Below are positions 8,462 to 14,997 of a stretch of DNA of 35,573 bases, piece after piece; the stretch's first letter is position 1, and each line of letters opens with the position of its first letter. The position numbers and the translations under genes were made by a program. Source of the stretch: an uncultured Gemmiger sp. (GTDB lineage: Bacteria > Bacillota > Clostridia > Oscillospirales > Ruminococcaceae); the NCBI GenBank assembly GCA_944382805.1, contig CALWNS010000021.1:1-35573 (forward strand), given 5' to 3'. Under the pieces are notes generated by a model that saw only the letters and a program-made list of their open reading frames with translations, searched no databases and was not told the DNA's origin.

Positions 8462-10303
8462 TTATTCGACCGTTACGCTCTTGGCCAGGTTGCGCGGTTT
8501 ATCCACATCCAGGCCCTTGGCGCAGCTGACATAGTAGGCCAGCAGCTGCAGCGGGATGACCGAAAGGCTGGTGGCAAAGCACGGCTCCGTTTTGGGCACA
8601 TAGACCGTAAAGCCGGCCGTGTCCTCGATGCTGTAGTTGCCGTAGGTGGTCAGGCCCATCAAAAACGCGCCGCGGCTCTTGGCTTCGACCAGGTTGGAGA
8701 CGGTCTTTTCGAACAGGTCCGGCTGGGTCAGCACGCCCACGACCAGCGTGCCCTTTTCGACCAGGGAGATCGGGCCGTGCTTCATCTCGCCGGCGGCGAA
8801 CGCCTCCGAATGGATGTAGCTGATCTCCTTGAATTTCAGGCTGCCCTCCAGCGCCACGGCATAGTCCAGCCCGCGGCCGATGAAAAAGGCGTCCTTGGCG
8901 CTGGCGTATTTGCTGGCGAACCACTGGATGCGCTCTTTGTCCTGCAGGGTCTTTTCGATCTTATCGGGCAGGGCCTGCAGTTCGGCCACCAGGGCGGCGC
9001 AGCGGTCTTCTTCCAGCGTGCCGCGCACCTGGGCGAACGCGATGGCCAGCAGGTAGCAGGCCGCCAGCTGGGTGGAGTACGCCTTGGTGGTGGCCACGGC
9101 GATCTCCGGCCCGGCCCAGGTGTACAGGGTGGCGTCCGCCTCGCGCGCGATGGAGGACCCCACGACATTGACAACGCCGACGGTGCGCACGCCCCGCTGT
9201 TTGCACAGGCGCAGGGCGGCCAGCGTGTCGGCCGTTTCGCCGCTCTGGCTGATGATGACGGCCAGGGAATCGGGTTCCAGCACCGGGTCGCGGTAGCGGA
9301 ACTCGCTGGCCACGTCGACTTCCACCGGCAGGCGGGCCAGGCTTTCGAACACATAGCGGGCGGCCACGCCGACATGGTAAGCGGAGCCGCAGCCCACGAT
9401 ATACAGCCGGCGCACGGCGCGCAGGGCTTCCTCGTCCAGCGAAAGCTCGCTGAGGTCCACGCGGCCGTCCTTGATGCGCGGGCTGATGGTATCGCGCACG
9501 GCGGCCGGCTGCTCGTGGATCTCCTTCATCATAAAATGCTCGTAGCCGCCCTTTTCGGCCGCTTCGGCGTCCCATTCGATGGTGGAGGGCTGCTTTTCGA
9601 TCTGTTCGCGGTCGATGTTGTAGAAGGTGATGGCATCGGGCGACAGGCAGGCGATCTCCAGGTTGTCGATATAATAGACGGTGCGGGTATACTTGAGCAG
9701 GGCCGGCACGTCGGAGGCGATGAGGTTGCCGTTTTCGGCCTTGCCCACGATCAGCGGGCTGTCCTTGCGCACGGCGTAGACCACGCCGGGGCGGTCGGCA
9801 AACAGCACACCCAGCGCGTAGGAGCCGCGCACGTGCAGCATCATGCTGGTGATGGCCTTGAGCGGGTCGCCGGCGGCCTCGCCGGTATAATAGTAGTCGA
9901 TCAGCTGGGCCACGACCTCGGTATCGGTCTGGGAGGCGAACTCGTAGCCGCGGTTCACCAGGCGGTCTTTCAGCTCCTGGAAGTTTTCGATGATGCCGTT
10001 GTGTACCACGGCGATCTTTTCGTCGCGGCTGTAGTGGGGGTGGGCGTTGGCCACCGAAGGCTCGCCGTGGGTGGCCCAGCGCGTGTGGCCGATGCCGCAG
10101 GTGCCCTGCACCGCGTTCCCGCCGTCCGTCATATCGCTGAGCACGCGCAGGCGGCCCTTGGCCTTGACGACTTCGATCTTGCCGGCGGCGTTCTGCACGG
10201 CGATGCCGGCCGAATCATAGCCGCGGTATTCCAGCTTGGCCAGGCCGTCCAGCAAAATAGGCGCGGCCTGCCCGGCGCCGGTAAAGCCAACGATTCCACA
10301 CAT
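8462..10303 (-). CDS. glmS: Glutamine-fructose-6-phosphate aminotransferase
   Basis: MCGIVG N-terminal nucleophile, EYRGYDSAG, GHTRWATHG, SQSGETADT, DKPRNLAKSVTVE. Confidence 0.98.
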   Translation of the reverse strand: MCGIVGFTGAGQAAPILLDGLAKLEYRGYDSAGIAVQNAAGKIEVVKAKGRLRVLSDMTDGGNAVQGTCGIGHTRWATHGEPSVANAHPHYSRDEKIAVVHNGIIENFQELKDRLVNRGYEFASQTDTEVVAQLIDYYYTGEAAGDPLKAITSMMLHVRGSYALGVLFADRPGVVYAVRKDSPLIVGKAENGNLIASDVPALLKYTRTVYYIDNLEIACLSPDAITFYNIDREQIEKQPSTIEWDAEAAEKGGYEHFMMKEIHEQPAAVRDTISPRIKDGRVDLSELSLDEEALRAVRRLYIVGCGSAYHVGVAARYVFESLARLPVEVDVASEFRYRDPVLEPDSLAVIISQSGETADTLAALRLCKQRGVRTVGVVNVVGSSIAREADATLYTWAGPEIAVATTKAYSTQLAACYLLAIAFAQVRGTLEEDRCAALVAELQALPDKIEKTLQDKERIQWFASKYASAKDAFFIGRGLDYAVALEGSLKFKEISYIHSEAFAAGEMKHGPISLVEKGTLVVGVLTQPDLFEKTVSNLVEAKSRGAFLMGLTTYGNYSIEDTAGFTVYVPKTEPCFATSLSVIPLQLLAYYVSCAKGLDVDKPRNLAKSVTVE

Positions 10304-10380
10304 AAAATTCCCTCCTGTAAAACGGGCGCACGGCCCCGCGCGGTCTTTTGACCGGATGGTTCAAATAAGTATATGCAATT

Positions 10381-10409
10381 AGTATATGCGATTTTGCGGC
10401 AAATGTCTA
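10381..10409 (-). promoter_or_regulatory. Putative sigmaA promoter of glmS
   Basis: TAGACA-17 nt-TATACT on the minus strand, ~80 nt upstream of the ATG. Confidence 0.65.
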
Positions 10410-10432
10410 CCGACTTTTTGCCCGCGCAAAGC

Positions 10433-10462
10433 AAAAGCCGGCCGTCAAGGGCAACGACCGGC
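10433..10462 (-). terminator. Rho-independent terminator upstream of the glmS promoter
   Basis: GCCGGTCGTT-GCCCTT-GACGGCCGGC followed by TTTT on the minus strand. Confidence 0.7.
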
Positions 10463-10535
10463 CTGCTGCACGCTTCTCCCTTTCCAGTTTCTTTCTTACA
10501 CCGTTCAAGACTTGTTAAAGCAGAGCGCGTACTTA
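10433..10535 (-). ncRNA. Candidate ~100-nt small RNA of unknown family
   Basis: Own promoter-like TTGCCC(10568-10563)-17-TATCTT(10545-10540) with TG extension, then an ORF-free segment, then a terminator. Confidence 0.35.
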
Positions 10536-10657
10536 AATAAAGATAGCACGAAACCCGGCCCGGGGCAAGGAAAACACAGCCATTTCTGTTTCACAAAGGC
10601 AAGGTCGGCTATTTTGCAGAAGATTCTTTTGTTTTAAGGCTTCTGCACAAAATAATC

Positions 10658-11425
10658 TTAAGTCCCGGACGCACGCCGCGCGCACACCACATATCGCCCG
10701 TTGGCGGTGGAATATTCGCAGGTGGACAGCGTGAGCAGCTCGTCGCCGTATTGGGGCGTGATGCCGCTGTCCACATCGCTGCGGCGTTTGACCTCGCCCA
10801 CAAAGGCGTTGAAGGCCGCTTCGTCCAAATCGATGCAGGTGTTGTAGGCAAAGTCCGGCTCGGCGGCCACGTCGATGGCAAACGCGGCGAACACCTCGTA
10901 CTCGCCGCCGCCGTACAGCGTATCCAGGCGAACGGCGGGGTGTTTGCGGTAGGTCTCGGGGTATTTATAATCGGTCAGGCAGCCAAAGATGGTGCCGGTT
11001 TTCATGTTGTGGCCGTAGATGACCAGGTTTTCGCTGCGGCGCTCGGCCGTGAGCGTGCAGCCGGCCTCCAGGTAGGGCACGCCGGAATCGCTGTATTCGC
11101 CCTCGAAATCATGGCGCAGGTAAAAGTCCGGGTCGTCGGGGCTGTACATGACCGGGAAGCTTAAGTTGGTGCCCTGGATGCGGATCCAGCCGATAAAGTC
11201 CGGGTTGCGCGCGCGCAGCGCCGCAAAGCGGGCGGCGGTCTCGTCCGGCTGGGCGGCGGCTGCCTGCGTATCGGGCAGCGCGGCAAGCTGTTCCAGCTCG
11301 GCAAATTCCAGGCCGGTGCGGCGGTCCTGCCACAGGCGGCGCAGCAGCAGGCCGCCGCTGAGCAGGAACACGGCGGCAAAAAACACGAGCGCCGCCGTAT
11401 ACAGCGCGCGGATCGGGCGGTTCAT
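10658..11425 (-). CDS. srtB: Class B sortase
   Basis: N-terminal TM, NPDFIGWI, IYGHNM, TLSTC catalytic motif and downstream GRYVV Arg. Confidence 0.9.
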   Translation of the reverse strand: MNRPIRALYTAALVFFAAVFLLSGGLLLRRLWQDRRTGLEFAELEQLAALPDTQAAAAQPDETAARFAALRARNPDFIGWIRIQGTNLSFPVMYSPDDPDFYLRHDFEGEYSDSGVPYLEAGCTLTAERRSENLVIYGHNMKTGTIFGCLTDYKYPETYRKHPAVRLDTLYGGGEYEVFAAFAIDVAAEPDFAYNTCIDLDEAAFNAFVGEVKRRSDVDSGITPQYGDELLTLSTCEYSTANGRYVVCARRASGT

Positions 11426-11505
11426 AGGGGTTCCTCCGTGCGGCAGGGCCGCAAAAAGTGGGTTCTAAAGTGGATTTTGGGGTGGCCTTTTGGTCACCAT
11501 GCAAC

Positions 11506-11575
11506 AGTATACACCCCGGCACGGCATTTGGCAAGCGGCAAAGACTTGGCAAAGAACGCCGCCGTATGGTATACT
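11506..11575. promoter_or_regulatory. Divergent sigmaA-like promoters (srtB / antiporter)
   Basis: Minus strand: TTGCCA-17-TATACT (11534-11506). Plus strand: TTGGCA-18-TATACT with TG extension (11546-11575). Confidence 0.55.
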
Positions 11576-11622
11576 GGGGCTAACCGATTTCCTACGTTTT
11601 TGCGCAAGAAAGGAGCTGTTAG

Positions 11623-13224
11623 ATGCTGGCTGGGCTGCTGTTGTTTTTTGCCGTGGTGATGTTTGCCTGTACGGCGTTCCGCCGCCTTTCGGACCGGCTG
11701 GGGGTGCCGGCGCTGCTGGCGTTCATGTTTTTGGGGATGCTGTTTGGTTCGGACGGGCTGTTCAAGATCCCGTTTGAGGATTACGCCTTTGCCGACCGGA
11801 TCAGCACGGTGGCGCTGCTGTTCATCATGTTTTACGGCGGCTTTGGCACCAACTGGCGCGCGGCGCGGCCCGTTGCGGCCCCGGCCATCGTGCTTTCCAG
11901 CCTGGGCACCGTGCTGACCGCGGTGCTGACCGGGCTGTTCTGCCACCTGGCGCTGGGGATGCAGCTGCTGGAGGGGCTTTTGTGCGGCGCGGTGCTGGGT
12001 TCGACCGACGCGGCTTCGGTCATTTCGATTTTGCGCGCGCGCAGCCTGGCGCTGAAGGAAAACACCGACTCGCTGCTGGAGGTGGAAAGCGGCTCCAACG
12101 ACCCGTTTGCCTATATGCTGACCGCCGTGCTGCTGACCGCCATGGAAAGCGGCATCACTGCGGGTTCGGTGGTGCGGCTGCTGGCCGCGCAGCTCGTGTT
12201 CGGCCTGGCGTTCGGCTTTGGCGTGGGGCTGCTGGCCCGCTTTGTGCTGGGGCGGCTGCACAGCCATGACCCCGGCTTTGACACGCTGTTTGTGGTGGCG
12301 GCCGCGCTGCTGAGCTACGCCGCGCCGGCCGCTTTGGGCGGCAACGGTTTTTTGAGCGTGTACATCACCGGCATCCTGCTGGGCAACAGCGAGCTGGGCA
12401 GCAAGGGCACGCTGGTGCCGTTTTTTGACGGGGTGACCGGGCTGATGCAGATCGTGCTGTTCTTTTTGCTGGGGCTGCTCTCCTTCCCCTCCCAGATGCC
12501 GGCGGTGCTGCTGCCGGCGGCGGCCATTGCGCTGTTTTTGACCTTTGCCGCGCGGCCGGCGGCCGTGTTTTTGCTGATGGCGCCGTTTGGCGGCAGCGTG
12601 GCCCGGCGGCTGCTGGTGAGCTTTTCCGGCCTGCGGGGGGCGGCGTCCATCGTGTTTGCGGTCATGACGGTCATCAGCCCGGTGGCGACCGATAACGACC
12701 TGTTCCACATCGTGTTTTTGATCGTGCTGTTTTCCATCGCCCTGCAGGGTTCGCTGCTGCCGCTGGCCGCGCGGCGGCTGGGTATGATCGACGCCGGCGG
12801 CAACGTAATGAAAACCTTTACCGACTATGTGGACGAAGCGCCGGTGCAGTTCATCCAGTTTACGGTGCCGCTGTCCCACCCCTGGTGCGGGCGCGCGGTG
12901 CGGGAGCTGGTGCTGCCGCCGGGCACCATCCTGATCAGTTTGCAGCGCGGGGACGAACAGCTGGTGCCGGGCGGCGCCACCAAGCTGCTGCGCGGCGACC
13001 GGCTGATCCTGGCGGCGCTGGAGCCGGAGGCCCTGCCCGGCGTACACCTGACCGAAAAAACGGTGGAGGCGGACGATTTGGCCGCCGGCGCGCGCCTGGC
13101 CGATGTGCCGCTGCGCACCGGCGCGCTGGTGGTGCTGGTGCAGCGGGGCGAAGGTTACCTGATCCCCAACGGCAGCACGGTGCTGCAGCCGGGGGACGTG
13201 CTGGTCATCAACAGCAAGGATTGA
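11623..13224 (+). CDS. K+/H+ antiporter (CPA1, NhaP2/CvrA-like) with two C-terminal TrkA-C (RCK_C) domains
   Basis: STDAASV, LEVESGSNDP, GLRGAASIVFA; tandem VPGGATKLLRGD and IPNGSTVLQPGD RCK_C motifs. Confidence 0.9.
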   Translation: MLAGLLLFFAVVMFACTAFRRLSDRLGVPALLAFMFLGMLFGSDGLFKIPFEDYAFADRISTVALLFIMFYGGFGTNWRAARPVAAPAIVLSSLGTVLTAVLTGLFCHLALGMQLLEGLLCGAVLGSTDAASVISILRARSLALKENTDSLLEVESGSNDPFAYMLTAVLLTAMESGITAGSVVRLLAAQLVFGLAFGFGVGLLARFVLGRLHSHDPGFDTLFVVAAALLSYAAPAALGGNGFLSVYITGILLGNSELGSKGTLVPFFDGVTGLMQIVLFFLLGLLSFPSQMPAVLLPAAAIALFLTFAARPAAVFLLMAPFGGSVARRLLVSFSGLRGAASIVFAVMTVISPVATDNDLFHIVFLIVLFSIALQGSLLPLAARRLGMIDAGGNVMKTFTDYVDEAPVQFIQFTVPLSHPWCGRAVRELVLPPGTILISLQRGDEQLVPGGATKLLRGDRLILAALEPEALPGVHLTEKTVEADDLAAGARLADVPLRTGALVVLVQRGEGYLIPNGSTVLQPGDVLVINSKD

Positions 13225-13304
13225 AGCGGTGGGCGAAAAATATACGCTGTAGGGCCCGCCAAAAGAAAAAGCCTTTTATTATCCAAAATATTCCTTAACA
13301 GCAC

Positions 13305-13336
13305 TTGACCCCCCCCCGCCCGATTTCTGGTATACT
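13305..13336 (+). promoter_or_regulatory. Promoter of the lipoprotein gene with a C9 tract in the spacer
   Basis: TTGACC (13305-13310), 20-nt spacer, TATACT (13331-13336) with TG extension; homopolymer C9 at 13309-13317. Confidence 0.55.
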
Positions 13337-13392
13337 TTACTAAATCCGATTGTTGGAAAAGATCGGCAATTTTGTAAAGGAAGTGTTGTACC

Positions 13393-14853
13393 ATGAAACG
13401 AGTACAAAAGGGCCTCTCCCTGGTGTTGGCCCTGGCGCTGTGCGGCTCCCTGCTGGCCGGCTGCGGCGGGCAGACCACCGCCCCGGCGCAGGACGGGGAC
13501 ACGGCGGGCGAGCCGGCCGCGGAGGCGGGCGAAGCCGATGCGGCGCAAAGCGGCGGCGAGACGGCGGCCGGCCTGGCCGCGCTGATCGCCGCCAGCGAAG
13601 CCCCCACGGCGGTCAGCCTGACCTACGACCTTTCCGGCGTTGGCACGGCGGGCGGCGGCCAGGTGGAATTTGAAGAGTATGTGTACTATACCGAAGCCCC
13701 GGATTCGGACGATTGTTCTCTCTCGCAGGTGAATTCGGTCAGCTTCGATGCGGATGATACCTCCGCTTTCCAGTCTTCCAACGCAGATTCCTACTATGTG
13801 GGCGGCGCCTATTATGGCACCAATGCGGACTATGACCTGGTGCGCAGCGAAACGCCGACCGTAGAGCCGCTGGCCGCGGCGCCCGGCACCAAGCTGCTGG
13901 CGGCGGCCGCCGCTTGCGAGCCGACCACCGCCGCCAACGAGTACGACACTTTGGTGGAGACCTACGCCTTCAGCCTGGAGGGCGAGGCGCTGAAGGAGGT
14001 CGTGGAGGACGCCTGCCCCGGCCTGCTGGACGGGTTGGACAGCGCCGCCGATTGGTCGGCGGTGACCGGCGACTGGACCGTGGAGGTCAGCGAGCACGGC
14101 TCCCTGAACTCGGCCGTGCTGGACAGCCCCAGCCTGGGCGCGCTGTTCCTTGCCGGCGCAGACCAAGCGAACTGCAGCGAGTTGACGCTGGGTGTAAGTT
14201 TTGCCTATGACAACGAATTCTTTTACCCGCCCGAGGACCTGAGCAGCGCTGCCGACGGCGAAGCCGCGGCGGTCAAAACCATCCCCGAGCTGCTGGGCGC
14301 AGCCCTTGGCGAGTCCGCGGCGGACGCCGTGACCGATGCGATGCAGCAGGAGATGGAAGAGTTTGAAGAGGTCGAGGTGGAGGGCGAAGGCAGCGTGACG
14401 CTGTACTACGGCGACGTACAGGTCGAGTTCTCGCTGCCCACCGAGGTGCCCGACTACGACAAGATCAGCCAGATCCAGCCCAATATGGCAATTCTTTCGC
14501 ACGTAGCCTATGCGGAAAGCCCGACAAAGAAAGGCGACACCGGCCGTACCCGCGTGTTCCTGGAAGCCGGCACGCCGGAGGAGATCCACTCTGCCTATTT
14601 CGGCAGCCTGGGCGACAGCGAGCCGGAGGAGGCGACTATTGGCGGGTACGAGGGCCTGCGCGCGTTTGGTGAAAGTGAATACGAATTCAGCGAGCATACA
14701 ACGGCGAACAAGAACTATTTCTTTGCCACCGATGTCGGCGGCGGCATGACCCTGTGCGTGATCGTGGAGAGTTCCTACACGGTCGGGGAAGAATCCTCTA
14801 ATATGAACGAGGGCATCCTGGAAGTTTTGCTGAACCACTGCACGGTCCTGTAA
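13393..14853 (+). CDS. Acidic lipoprotein of unknown function
   Basis: Signal peptide II with lipobox LAGC, A/E/G-rich linker, very acidic body. No family recognised. Confidence 0.85.
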   Translation: MKRVQKGLSLVLALALCGSLLAGCGGQTTAPAQDGDTAGEPAAEAGEADAAQSGGETAAGLAALIAASEAPTAVSLTYDLSGVGTAGGGQVEFEEYVYYTEAPDSDDCSLSQVNSVSFDADDTSAFQSSNADSYYVGGAYYGTNADYDLVRSETPTVEPLAAAPGTKLLAAAAACEPTTAANEYDTLVETYAFSLEGEALKEVVEDACPGLLDGLDSAADWSAVTGDWTVEVSEHGSLNSAVLDSPSLGALFLAGADQANCSELTLGVSFAYDNEFFYPPEDLSSAADGEAAAVKTIPELLGAALGESAADAVTDAMQQEMEEFEEVEVEGEGSVTLYYGDVQVEFSLPTEVPDYDKISQIQPNMAILSHVAYAESPTKKGDTGRTRVFLEAGTPEEIHSAYFGSLGDSEPEEATIGGYEGLRAFGESEYEFSEHTTANKNYFFATDVGGGMTLCVIVESSYTVGEESSNMNEGILEVLLNHCTVL

Positions 14854-14876
14854 GCGCGCTGCGCGTAGGATATGGC

Positions 14877-14915
14877 ACGGCCCCGGCCGGACATTGCGTC
14901 CGGCCGGGGCCGTTT
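14877..14915 (+). terminator. Terminator-like hairpin between the convergent lipoprotein gene and pheT
   Basis: ACGGCCCCGGCCGGAC-ATTGC-GTCCGGCCGGGGCCGT, 16-bp stem followed by T-rich sequence. Confidence 0.75.
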
Positions 14916-14931
14916 GGTTTGCCGTATTTGG

Positions 14932-14986
14932 GGGAACGCGGCGGTCGCCGCAAGGCTTGCGGGACGATGCGGGCACCGTCCCCTGC
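14932..14986. repeat. Degenerate solitary REP half-unit related to the 29.3-30.3 kb array
   Basis: GGGAACGCGGCGGTCGCCGCAAGGCTTGC resembles the array's internal spacers and is followed by the hairpin GGGACGATGC-GG-GCACCGTCCC. Confidence 0.6.
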
Positions 14987-14997
14987 AGGCCGCCGGG

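Noticed and set aside
10304-10660. glmS ribozyme
   Set aside because: No AGCGCC cleavage-site or GACGAGG core on the minus strand, and the proximal promoter leaves only a ~70-nt leader.
11576-11622. c-di-AMP (ydaO) riboswitch before the K+/H+ antiporter
   Set aside because: The leader after the predicted promoter is ~40 nt, too short, and has no consensus.
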